A stretch of 61,705 nt of DNA, filler included, from Sphacelaria rigidula (lineage: Eukaryota): NCBI GenBank assembly GCA_964200075.2. It is 8 parts of 8 records of this genome, joined end to end, with 100 filler letters (N's around TTAATTAATTAA, not from the genome) between each part and the next. Parts side by side here need not be neighbours in the genome. Positions count along the whole stretch, not along the records: positions 7,728 to 15,354 come from CAXNAA020014040.1; positions 15,455 to 23,080 come from CAXNAA020014041.1; 6 more parts are not named here. One strand, 5' to 3'. Shown piece after piece: positions 12,097 through 23,180 of the stretch. The translations under genes and the position numbers were made by a program. Position 1 is the first letter of the stretch, and each line of letters starts with the position of its first letter. The notes beneath the pieces are model-generated. The model had not been told where the DNA came from, ran no database searches, and worked only from the letters and a program-made list of their open reading frames with translations.

Positions 12097-13273
12097 AACG
12101 TGAGAGTGAGACCTCTGGCACTAGAGTAACCGCATTCAGGCCTACCCTGTCATTGGTGTCTAATTCTTTATTTTTATTTTCTCCATTACTTCAAAGGGTT
12201 CGAGAATAGCCAACAAAAAATATCTCGGAGTTGAGGTTAAAAAAAAAGAAGGAGTAAGACAGCGTTGACACCGTAGGCTTGAGTATTGTTTCTCTGGTGT
12301 CGAAATGTCACCCCGGAATTCGGAAAGTTGAGCCGCGCGTGGCCTGTGACCTATGGACTGTGGCGACAGAGCCTTGGCCGGCCCAGCCCGTATGGTGTTT
12401 TCCACCAAAAACCAATATACGACTGACTGATTGGTTGATTGATTGATTGTCGCACTTTAACTGACCCCCCAGGGGTCCAGCCGTGGTCTCATGATAGTTG
12501 TACCCAACAAAACGAAAATGAAACACGCTCTGAGAAAAAAAGAAGGAACACACAAAAAAAGAAAGGAGGGTCGAACAGAACGACATAGCAGACTAAGTCG
12601 TGACAAAAAAAGAGTAATAAAGAAGTCAACACAGGCAAAGCACAGAAAGAAATGGCCGACCTGAAGCAAGAAAAAGGACAAGAGGAGGAAAGTACAAAGC
12701 AAATGAAATAAAATACAATGAAGCCATGGGGAAAAAAGAAGAAGGATAAGGCCCAAGGGATTCAGGGTAGCAGAGTAGATACAGACACACACCAGTGGGT
12801 ACCGCAGAGCCACCGACTAAGGACATAATCAACAACCGATATGAGCGGACAGGATTTTCCGATTGTTTTCGTAAATCATGCGACGGAAAATCCCGGTGTA
12901 TTGTCCTACGGTGCAGCCCGTACCTGATCGTGGTCGAAACATTTCCAGATGTACCTGAAACTGTCGTCTGGTCCCCCCGAGGGCTCGAGTAACGCGAGAG
13001 AGAATCTGGTTGTCCACCAGAAATGAAAATATTCCGCGATTTTCTCCCCAAATAGTGAGACAGACGTACACGAATCCCTAGCTCGAATTGACGGCAGGAA
13101 GGCGTCAGGTAGGTGCTCATGAAAAGTCCGCGTTGAGCAACACTACTGTGTCATCGAGTGACAAAAGCGTCTACTCCCTGTTCACCATTTTGGGTGCCTG
13201 AGGCGCGTTTATTTTAGGAACGATTTTCTCGTTCAGTATTGGGATATATGCACCGATACGTGACGGAGATGAA

Positions 13274-13374
13274 GCCTTTGACCGTGAGGGTAGGTCACCT
13301 GCGGTATCGGCATCAATGTCACTTGAAAAAGGTATATGTGATCCAGATCGACTACCCGCATCGCGGTCCAAGGG
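13274..13374. mobile_element. piggyBac-like MITE subfamily 1 copy
   Basis: Ends CGCGGTCCAAGGG-TTAA; internal ATCGGCATCAAT..CACTTGAA; degenerate left end. Confidence 0.75.
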
Positions 13375-13745
13375 TTAACGGTGAGGGATGGCACGAGTTC
13401 GTGCACGAAGCATTCGGCGAATGATGTTCCTCTGGTCTTGAGCATCATGTTGTTGTTCGTCATCGTACTGTCTAAAACAGGAACAGGTTTTCGAGCGGTT
13501 TCGTAACACCTTCTGGCTGTAACCGTTGTCACTTTCACAATTTTCTTGCATGCAACAGCGAGCGTTATACTATGCTCCCATGGCTACATTTCGAAACAAA
13601 ACAGTTGGTCTCGAGTTGTTTCCAACCATCTGACAGGTCAGCGTGGCCGTCTCAGCAGCCGAAATTCCACACTTGTGAGCTTTAAAAGAGCCGACATTGA
13701 GAAATGAGTCTCGATCTTCAAAATAAGTCATGAGCCTGAAGTTAA

Positions 13746-13850
13746 CCCTTCAGACAACGAGAGTAGGCCATCTGTTGAATCGGCATCAATTTCACTTGAA
13801 GAAGTTATGCACGATCCAGATAAACTATATCCTTGCGGTCGGTCTAAGGG
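13746..13850. mobile_element. piggyBac-like MITE subfamily 1 copy
   Basis: TTAA-CCCTTCAGAC...GGTCTAAGGG-TTGA; internal GAATCGGCATCAATTTCACTTGAA. Confidence 0.75.
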
Positions 13851-14734
13851 TTGAGTATGCCTGATGACTTTTTTGTAGGCCTTATGCCACTCGATCGCGT
13901 TAAGACAAGACCCCCTTCAGGGCACTTTTTTTCTGACTGTAAGATGACAGCGTTGTGCGAAGACGCGATTTTTCTGTTCAAGGTATCATCTTTCAAATCA
14001 GAGCAGAAATACGCCTTCGCACAGCGCTATGATCTTACAGAGTCGGTGAGGTGCGCTGGAAGAGTTTCCACGCGATCGAGGGGCATTGGGCCGACGAAGA
14101 ACGTCATTTTACACAATTACCTTCAAGTTAGGGAACCACATTTTTTTTTCTTCCCGGGTTCAAATTCTTTTCAAGATTAAAATATCTTATTGCTTTTTAT
14201 ACTATTTTTGAAGGTCGAAATATCACCGAAACGGCTGCCAGCTCAAGGAAACATCCAACGAGATGACGATGGATGTTGTCCTGGGCTCTCTGCAGCGTAA
14301 CCAGGTGCTCGCCTTTTGCTCCATTCGCCATAAAAGCAGCAGCACACGCTCCTAAGGCGTACGAAGTGCGACGGCGGAGACCTCGAATCCCCATCTCTTC
14401 AGTGATACCAGGGATGCCGTCATGGGTATCCCACGCACCTCGTAGCATCTCTCGATGTGTATCATTTGTGTTCCTGACACGCAACGGAGAAATGAATGAG
14501 CGCCCGGTGGATTTGTTCTGTTGAAATCATCCTTGGTCCTGCCTGCGCTGCTACTTATCACGTATTGCGGCAATCATAAGATGCGTTCTTCCGCTGCGTC
14601 CGCAGCATTCTTCATCATTGCCCACGCCTTTTGGACGGCACGCCAATGTGGTACGGCATTTTTTCAATCTACGAAATAAGAGGCCAAACGCATGTACACG
14701 GATCCGTCCCACGACTGACGGCTATGCACGCACA

Positions 14735-15170
14735 GTTTCGCTCGCAGTGCCCCCCGTAATGTAGTCCGCACTGAACCCACAACTTTGCCCGCATTACATT
14801 AACAAAATTATCTGCCACATACGCTAACATAAAACATTCATATATCCACGAGTTGGCACGCAGTATTTCTAGTCGTTAATCCGCAATACACCCACGCATT
14901 AGCCCCCAGCAAACCCGCAGTTCAGCCCGCATTGCATCCCCAAAAATTACTCGCAATACACTCAACGATTAACCAGCAATGTCCTCACAATTCAGCTCGC
15001 AATGAACCCATAATTCCGCCAGCATTACATCCACAAAATTACCCGCAATACAGTCAACGATCAGCCCGCAACGCACTCACAATTCAATTCGCAATAAGCG
15101 TATAATTCAGCCCGCCTTACCATCCGCAATTAACCCGCTACACGCGCACAATGTAGCCCACGTTCGGTAG
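14735..15170. repeat. Degenerate minisatellite, ~92-bp unit built of CCGCAAT/AACCCGCA sub-repeats
   Basis: GCCCGCATTACATCCACAAAATTACCCGCAATACA-like motif recurs near 14787, 14925, 15018 and 15110. Confidence 0.7.
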
Positions 15171-15252
15171 AAATCTCGCAACACCTTCCTCCTCCGAGGT
15201 TGACGCTGAAGACTGCGTGAGAACTCTGATTCATTCTTCCATCGTGAATTAC

Positions 15253-15288
<36 letters not shown>

Positions 15289-15354
15289 TGCTTCCCCCCC
15301 CCCCCCCCGCCACCCACCGCGCACCGCACCCACACGCCCACGACCCACAACCCC

Positions 15355-15454
15355 NNNNNNNNNNNNNNNNNNNNNNNNNNNNNNNNNNNNNNNNNNNNTT
15401 AATTAATTAANNNNNNNNNNNNNNNNNNNNNNNNNNNNNNNNNNNNNNNNNNNN
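15355..15454. other. Artificial contig-join linker
   Basis: N44-TTAATTAATTAA-N44. Confidence 0.97.
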
Positions 15455-15567
15455 AAAAGGGTCTTGTAAAACCTACCCACTTTCGCCCTCCCCCCCCCCC
15501 CCCCCCCCCCCCGCGTCCACCCTCTCCCACTCCCTCCGCACCTTCCCGAGCTGCGCCTTGCCCACAG

Positions 15568-15744
15568 ACATACCCATGGCTGACGAAATAGACGTGGAGG
15601 AGTGCCCCGCGCCGAAGCAATCATACTCCGACTCAGAGCGCTTGGCGAAGCCGGACAGCCCCCCGCTTTGCCTCAAGGTGTGCATCCTGTTCCTCCTTCC
15701 CGTCAAGATCTTGTGGGGGTACACCTGCCCGAGAGAGGACCGGG
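15568..15744 (+). CDS. Isolated candidate coding exon of a membrane protein (possibly SLC24/NCKX-like loop-to-TM segment)
   Basis: Pyrimidine-rich acceptor cttgcccacag; strong GC3 codon bias; translation [14 protein letters not shown]...[24 protein letters not shown]. Donor (GTAGAC at 15745) uncertain. Confidence 0.45.
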
Positions 15745-17349
15745 GTAGACAGAGGGTTACGATTTCAACGTACTCCCTCTACTTGACGTTCAAACTATGA
15801 ATCGGACACCAGCGGCATGATCACATAACACCATCGAGCTCCAGATTCGTCAAAAACGATAGCATCAAGAATTACAAACAATCTACGCATTCAACCGACC
15901 ATGTCCTTTAGGCAGCAAGTCAAATCCTCACCAAAAATTGAAATCTTCACGATAGGTAACACTTGCAGGTTCACCTACCCCGTGGCGACTGTTTCGTGGG
16001 AGCGGTCTCAGAGCGTGAACGAACAGTGCTCCATACATATTTCTTGAAAAATACGACTATTTATACGTTCATGCTCTCGCCCCATCAACCCCAACGACCA
16101 CTCTCTTCTTCCCTTTTCATAACACATACTTCCTCTGTTCGGCAATATAGGCTTTCAGAGAAAAGAGGCATAACTTTGGCCCAAATGATAATTTTTTGGT
16201 CCTTTTTTTTTTCCTGTTTTCGTGACGACCTGAAGAACACCCCAAAACCCGAGGTCTTTGGTCAGTCCACAGTACAACACCACCTACACCCTCGGTGACC
16301 AGAGTCCCTGGCCAAAGAGAGGGAAAACCACCGGTTGGAGGCCTTCCGCCTAAATTTTTTGTAATCGCCTTATTCGGCGGAATTCGTGCCAATTCGGCGG
16401 AGCTCGTAGAATCACTTTTTTTGTAGTCCGACAAAACAACAGCACACGAGCAACACCGGTAACCAGCCCATTTATTTTTTTTGGGGGGGGAGGGGTGTTA
16501 TCTCGCGTGGGGGTGCATTTTTTCCGGGGGCAATATCACGTCATCCTCTGCATTTTTTTTTTGCACATGGTAGAAATGATGTGCGGAACACATGCAGGTG
16601 GTGGCCTAATCAAGAACCGCGTTATTCGCATACTTCCTGAACCGAGCTTATATTCCCGATATTTCCGAGAGAGCCTATGTTTCCGAACAGAGGAAGTATA
16701 TATTTACATTTCACCACATCCTGATCGACAGTCAACCGTGTCCACTGTTCGACTATCACAGTCGTGTCTGCACCCCATCCTCTCGTGGGGGTCACGAAGC
16801 TACGAACACGGGTTTTCTCCGAACCAGGCTCGCAAACAATCACCAAGCGCATATGCTTTTCACGAATAAGCACAAGTTCACACGAAACCATTTTCGTCTT
16901 TTCGTACCTGGTGTGACACGTCCCAAGTGATCTTGTCCTCTGGCGCATCGAAGACATAGTGCAGCGCAACGGTCAGTTCGATCACCCCTAGGGAAGAGCC
17001 CAGGTGACCCCCTGTCTTCGACACCGCCTGCGTGCGCCATCCCCCCCCCCAAAAAAAAAAAATCAGACGAAACGAGAAAAGGAGACCGACTCGTTCGATA
17101 TTAAAAATATTTTTGCTCGCGAAGGGGAGACAACATATATTTGTCGGGAAGGCATCCACACATATACACATATAAATATATCGAAATTATACTACACCGC
17201 GCAGTTTCTCGCGATATCGAAGTTTGTCCTTCGCATATGTGTATCATTTCATCGCACACACATCTCCGAGGTTGTTCGGTGCGTTTGTTCCGCGAACATA
17301 AAAAGACGAGAGAAGAAAACTAGAAACTTGACGAGAGCCCAGGGCGTTT

Positions 17350-17380
<31 letters not shown>

Positions 17381-17672
17381 CCCGCGGATCCCCTCGTTTT
17401 TTTTTTTTTTTTTTTTGGGGGGTCGGATTTACTTGTTTTTTTGTTTAACTCGCCCAACTATTNNNNNNNNNNCCCACACCTCACGGAACCCCCAGGCCTT
17501 TCCCCTCCCCCCCCCCCCCCCCCCCGAGTCTCGAGTTTCTCCAGTATTTTATTTTTTGTACGTTGGGTGGGCACAGTATGTCTATTTTGTGACTAACCAC
17601 GACTACATTTGTAGCGGAGTAAGCCAATCACTTTGTGCGCAATAATAAATCGACGAATCAAACAGAGGAAAA

Positions 17673-17706
<34 letters not shown>

Positions 17707-17737
17707 CGGAAGTACAATACAGTACAGTGGTGCAGAG

Positions 17738-17877
17738 CACACACCCTGGACAATAGATTCTACTCTCAAAAAGTGTACTGGGTACAGTATCGTCTATTGC
17801 GTCTATTGCATTAGACAATGGATTCCATACTGTGCACAGTACATTTTTTTACAATGGAATCTTTTGTCTAGGGTGTG
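17738..17877. mobile_element. MITE with CACACCCTGGACAA TIRs and 8-bp TSD
   Basis: Ends CACACCCTGGACAA / TTGTCTAGGGTGTG; GTGCAGAG repeated at 17730-17737 and 17878-17885. Confidence 0.8.
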
Positions 17878-19009
17878 GTGCAGAGCTATTATAGGGCCGA
17901 AGCTCATAGATAAGTAGGGCGACTCGTGCACCGCGCTACGTTGCTGGGGGATTCCAGCGGGTTCAACCCCCACATTGCCTTGAGCAGACCTTTCCGAACA
18001 CTTGAGGCGCCTACCCCACGCTGACTGCCGCGAGGCGGTCCAGCCGAGCCTCTGGGTAACCGGCACACGAACCCCTTCATCGGGTAAGTAGTGTTGGGTG
18101 AGACTTCCTCATTCCCTCGAGAACAATAAAATAAAGGGTATACAGCACGACACCAGGCTTTCCCCCCGATGATATCTCCAGCCGTAACGCTAAACCACCA
18201 TGTGGGGCCTCATTACGAGTACAGACAGTGCGTAGCTCAAGGAGCATGCACAAGAAGCCTGAATCACTTCGGTGTCCAACAGCACCATCTAATTTTCTTT
18301 TCTTTTCTTGCCCCTTCAAAAGAAGCAAAAAATCCACGTTCTGGTTACAGCATAGACCAGATACAAAATATTTGGAGAAAAAAAACACAAAAATGAGACA
18401 AGAAGGAATAAATTTCGCAGAAATTTCGCCGAGATTTTGGTCGTGGCCCCACCGCCCTTCGGCGAAGCGTGGTAGCCGCAACTTACCCGTACGAACTGAG
18501 GTTGATTCGAATCTATCTTGCATTGCAAGGGTACGAGGAATCTCAAGCCGTTGTCGGGGTGACCCGACATATCTTTTTCGGCTCACATGAAGCGATAGGC
18601 ACCTGACAATCCAACGACAAAATTGTACCAGAGTTCACGGGTCGGATAAATAAATGATTCGCCTGGAAATTACTTGATTTCAAACTGTGATTCGTACCAT
18701 ACGAATCGATTTTTGGGCTTTGTTTCCAGCGTTGCAAACCAGGCACGCGGAATGGCGCGAAAGCAGCGTGGGAACCTTTTTGACCATCGCTCGACTTTTT
18801 TCCCTCTTCCGAGCAATTAGGCCTGAAAAATCGTGGAGTCGGTGATTAGAACAGGCGATGAATCGCCCGAACCGTCCAAGTGCCGAGCTATGCGATTAGC
18901 GCCAGGCCAGTAGTGTTGTTCATCGCTCGACACCTCGGCAGTCTAGCAACTCATTCCTGTCTTTTTTAGCCTGAACGCTATCGTTTTTCAGCTTACTCTG
19001 TTCCCTTCC

Positions 19010-19110
19010 CCCCCCTTTATGGTGCTCCGTCTCGAAAGGGATGCGTGGTCAATGGTCAAACGACTACAATAAGGCAAGCAACAAATGAGTACGCCCCCCC
19101 CCCCCCTATA
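19010..19110. repeat. Dispersed repeat family ending in a poly-C run
   Basis: CTCGAAAGGGATGCGTGGTCAATGGTC...AAGGCAAGCAAC.AATGAGTACGCCCCC; also at 38632-38690 and 61555-61640, and inverted-related at about 34905-34968 and 54530-54580. Confidence 0.75.
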
Positions 19111-19756
19111 TGGGGTTGGTGTCGGTTGGCAACAACACTGTAAAACACGCCACACACTCCGTGAGCTAGGCAACCAGGTTACCGTTTTATTTTTGCACTT
19201 GCGCTTTTTTTGCGGTAAACGTGATGGTGGTCGAGCTAGATCATATCGTGCGGGGTGGGAAAACCCTCACTTCCGCGCAAAAGGGAACGATCACACTACG
19301 GTAGTGTTGAAATGGTGAGACACACACTCCACCCCTGCAGCATTCGGATATTACCCGTGGTACCGCGCAAAATTTGCAACATCCAGCACCTATGAACCGC
19401 TCTACCGCGCGAGATCGTACCCCTCATTATTCAGGTGTCTTCGACGTTTTTGTTTGTTCGGTTTTTCCCCCCAATCCCCCCAAAAACGTGAGAACAGATA
19501 TCTCAACCAGGTGAGATAATGGATTAATTTCAAAATCGAATACAACTTTTTTTCCTCAATGATCCGGAGTCGAATACTGTTCGGCAATTTTGTTTCGGAG
19601 AGGTCGGGAGAAAAAACTTGAATTTCTCGGGAAAAGTTGATGAAAAATCTGAAATCTGGGAAAAACTACCCCGTTCGTCAGATCTGTTGCCGTGCAGAAC
19701 GTACCGCAAATCTTGATTACGAAGCCGCACTTGACCGTGATCTGCCGAAATCGTAC

Positions 19757-19904
19757 CACACCCTGGATAATGACAGCCAATTGTATTGTCAAAAAGTGTA
19801 CTGCGTACAGTATCAACTATCGCGTCTATTGCGATAGACAACAGACTTCACACTGTACGCAGTACACTTCTTCACAATGCAATCTAATGCCTGTTCAGGG
19901 GGTG
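19757..19904. mobile_element. CACACCCTGG-family MITE copy
   Basis: Same ends and internal GTACTGCGTACAGT inverted repeat; flanks AAATCGTAC / AAATGTAC. Confidence 0.7.
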
Positions 19905-21553
19905 AAATGTACCCCACTGAGAATATTAACCAAAAGCCGAACTTGCGCCCGTAAAAAGAAAGATGAATGTAGATGAAACTTACAGAATGAGGTTCGCTTC
20001 TTCCGTCATCGACGAATCCATGGGGTTGATAGAACCCGACCCTACCGTCGGTTTCATCTCTTTTTCTCGAACGTATTTTTGCTCGACACTTTTCTTGATT
20101 TCCCTTCCTTTTCACGTCCCGGAGTCATCTATCTCTCTTCACATCCCCAAGGCAACGCACATGGCCTTGGTATCAAGAAGGCTCCACGACCTGGGCCAGC
20201 GTAAAAGCTGCTAAAACTTGCTCACACCACAGAATCCCCAGTTTCCTGAATGAACCCGATCTAAGCATATCACTGTCAAGTGTAGACCAACCTGGTGACA
20301 AAGAACTGCACCACCGTTCGATTGGCGTCGTATTGCTGATGACGTTATTCTACTGCATAGAGTACAAAGTGGGTCTGATATCGTAGAGCGATAGCGTGTC
20401 GGAGTGCGTTTTTTTTAATGCGGCGGGTTCACGTCAGGAATTACCCCGCACTGGGTATTAGTGCGGTGCAGCAGCGTCACGGAAAATGTCGAACGCACGG
20501 CCTAATTCGATGAGTCTTGAGCTGAATTTTTGGGGAGACCTTTTGCACCCAAGGATCTAATACTTCACGAGTCCAGCTGAAAATTATCTTTTTTTTTCCT
20601 GGACTTATGGCATAATCTAGTTTTCTTTCCGAAATTTCGAATCCCCATAACCTCCTTATTTTATTTTTTTAATTTGCTGGACCCGTGATCTTCTGCATTT
20701 TGATCATAAAAAGCTGCTGTCAAAATTTCAGCGACCAACTCCCGATATCGCGCCGTGCGTCGCGTGAGCGAGGTTCACACCTACTCTTGGCTGGCCCAGC
20801 TTGTACTGTATTAGGTTGGCGGGATCATATGAACTTCGTTCACCAAAGACCTTGGTTCACGTCCAACAACTAAAATGGTTGCCTTCAATGTGCCACGAGA
20901 CCTGACTTGACCTTGGGACGAACACAGTCACCCCCACAACAGGTGTACATTTTGGATACCGCTACAGATATGTTGACATCAAACACAGAAAAGCCCCCGC
21001 GCTACGAAGCCTACCGCAACAAAACGAGGAGATTCCATGAGAAAATCTATTGCAAAAGGTCCGGCGGGATCTGATCCATGCTGCAAATCAAACCACACGA
21101 CGGAAGTTGGGCAGCCTTATAAACACCGGTACCTCCAATCGTACCCTTGTTTCTTTATCGTCACAAAGAGACAGTTAAGGACATTTGCCGTGCACTTCGC
21201 TAGTTCTAGTTTCGTACGGTGCTTTCGAGTGCGCTCCACGTCCCCGCCACTTCGAAGGCAGCCCTCGAGCTGAATTGTCATCAAGACGGTTCGGTGTACG
21301 GATAGGCACCAAGGTGGGGGTGCGAGGCGTACAGTTCTAGAATTGGTGTTTGCACACAGCTCGCGTCGAAAACACTCCACAGTACAACATATTAAAAATG
21401 TTGGCTGACAGAAATTCGAACTCCCGAGGGTTTCTCTCGGAGCACGCGACATCACGCGACGGGATGACCAACCAACATCCTGTTTTTGGGCGGTTGCTTC
21501 GCTCTCTGCTGCATTTTTTTCGGCCCGATATGTCCAACTTCGACCCTGTCTTT

Positions 21554-21718
21554 GCACATTAGTTTTCGATCGCAATTGTGCGGGGGAAAACAATTATCCC
21601 GATCTGATTGGTCGTGATTTCAACCATCGTCGAAAATCGTGAAGATGGTTGAAATCACGACCCATCAGATCAGGTTTTTTGTGTTCCACCGCACAATTTC
21701 GATCGAAGACAAACGTGC
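21554..21718. mobile_element. Fold-back MITE (family A; TIR GCAC.TT.GT.TTCGATCG)
   Basis: Whole 165 bp is an imperfect inverted repeat, including GATCTGAT.GGTCGTGATTTCAACCATC arms. Confidence 0.7.
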
Positions 21719-21721
21719 TGA

Positions 21722-22194
21722 GGCCGACTCTAATGGTAGCAGTTCAGAATTCCTGTTCAAGACTGCTTTTTTGGCCCTTTTCCGTCGATTTACGCCCGAA
21801 AAGAGGGCTGAGCGGATGGTGAAGCTTTGGAATGACTTGCTCTACTCGTTGAGGCCATTCCAGGGCAAATTTGCATTTCCCGCCGGCCGCACTTTCATTT
21901 TTGGCCAAACACGGATTTCCAACAAAATACGGTGAAGCGATCAGGAAGCAGGGGAAATTTTCTTATTACCTGACTGTTGTTCACTGAAAACCCGTGCCTC
22001 GCCTTATTTGGTCAGAAACAAAAGTGCGGCTGGCGGGAAACGCAAAGTTGCCCTGGAACGGCCTCAACGAGTAGAGCAAGTCATTCCAAGGCGTCACCAT
22101 CCGCCCAGCCCTCTTTTCGGGCGTAAATCGACGGAAAAGGGCCAAAAAAGCAGTTTTGAACAGGAATTTTGAACTGCTGCCATTAGAGTTGGCC
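21722..22194. mobile_element. PIF/Harbinger-like MITE with ~190-bp TIRs
   Basis: GGCCGACTCTAATGG...CCATTAGAGTTGGCC; arms 21722-21910 and 22007-22194; flanked by TGA/TTA; further arm at 61328-61515. Confidence 0.8.
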
Positions 22195-22197
22195 TTA

Positions 22198-22858
22198 GCA
22201 CGTTTGTCTTCGATCGAAAAATGAGGCGGGGGAAATGATTTGAGCGAAAATTTCTCGTTCTGATGCAGTTGGGTCCGGATGGATTTTCAAGCTTTCGATC
22301 GAAAAAAGACAGTGAAATTCGTGGGAAGGCACATGGTCACTCGTGTACAGTACAGACAGTCTGTACTGTTTGCACTGCTTGCAAGCAGGGTGTCTCGGGT
22401 GCGTGTGTGCGTGTTTCGTGCAGGAGGATACAAAGGAGAAGCGGGCAACGTGCAGTGCAGACAGCCCAGGACTACCAGTTCTCCCTGCTCACAATGCGAC
22501 GAGAAAAGGACTTCAGCAACGTGTAGCTTTGTACTGCCTGCACTGTCCATGAGCGTCCACGCAACTCGGTTGCTCACCGTACCACGTAGTTCCGTGCCTG
22601 ATGCCTACCGTGAGAGAAGATGCGCGAGTTTTCGCCAACAAAATATGAACAAAGCACACCCAACTACGGTAGTGTACCTGTCCCTGTGCTCAACTCGTGC
22701 TCTATGCTGCAGGGTTGCGGTGGTAGCTGAGAATGAGTTGGATGGAGTTTGCACCATCTTGTGAACAGGTGTTATTTGGCGTGGTGTTCTGTAAGATTAA
22801 GAGTCAAGTGCAGCTTCGTTCCTTTCGACTGCATGTTTTCGATCGAAAACGATTGTGT
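22198..22858. mobile_element. Longer family-A non-autonomous DNA element
   Basis: Starts GCACGTTTGTCTTCGATCGAAA, ends TTTCGATCGAAAACGATTGTGT; internal 22545-22710 recurs inverted at about 34475-34630. Confidence 0.6.
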
Positions 22859-22862
22859 TTTA

Positions 22863-23080
22863 CGAGCTGGGCCAGCCTAGAGGCGGATTTGAAGTTTGCA
22901 GGCCCATGCTCTTTTATACATTTAGAGTTGGGCCCTGAAATTTGGTATGGACAGTGCATAGGGCATAAGAAAAAAAAATACTGAAGTACCAATATATATA
23001 TATTTTTTTTTCATGAGTTAAGGGCATTTTGGTGATACCTGAAAACCGATGATTGCCCTTAACTCATGAAAAAATAAAAA
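22863..23080. mobile_element. TA-flanked (Tc1/mariner-like) MITE arm, cut by contig end
   Basis: TA|CGAGCTGGGCCAGCCTAG; inverted copies ending CTAGGCTGGCCCAGCTCG|TA at about 36420-36527 and 37290-37399. Confidence 0.65.
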
Positions 23081-23180
23081 NNNNNNNNNNNNNNNNNNNN
23101 NNNNNNNNNNNNNNNNNNNNNNNNTTAATTAATTAANNNNNNNNNNNNNNNNNNNNNNNNNNNNNNNNNNNNNNNNNNNN
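23081..23180. other. Artificial contig-join linker
   Basis: N44-TTAATTAATTAA-N44. Confidence 0.97.

Larger units (their letters stand above)
12421..14480 (-). mobile_element. Decayed LINE (RTE-like) 3' portion with (AATC)n tail, carrying nested MITEs
   Basis: First ~245 bp match 55961-56208. Remnant GACAAAFMANGAKGEHLVTLQRAQDNIHRHLVG (about 14250-14350) resembles the post-RT LYG..W...L.....LR.I.G segment of RTE-type ORF2. Far boundary uncertain. Confidence 0.5.
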
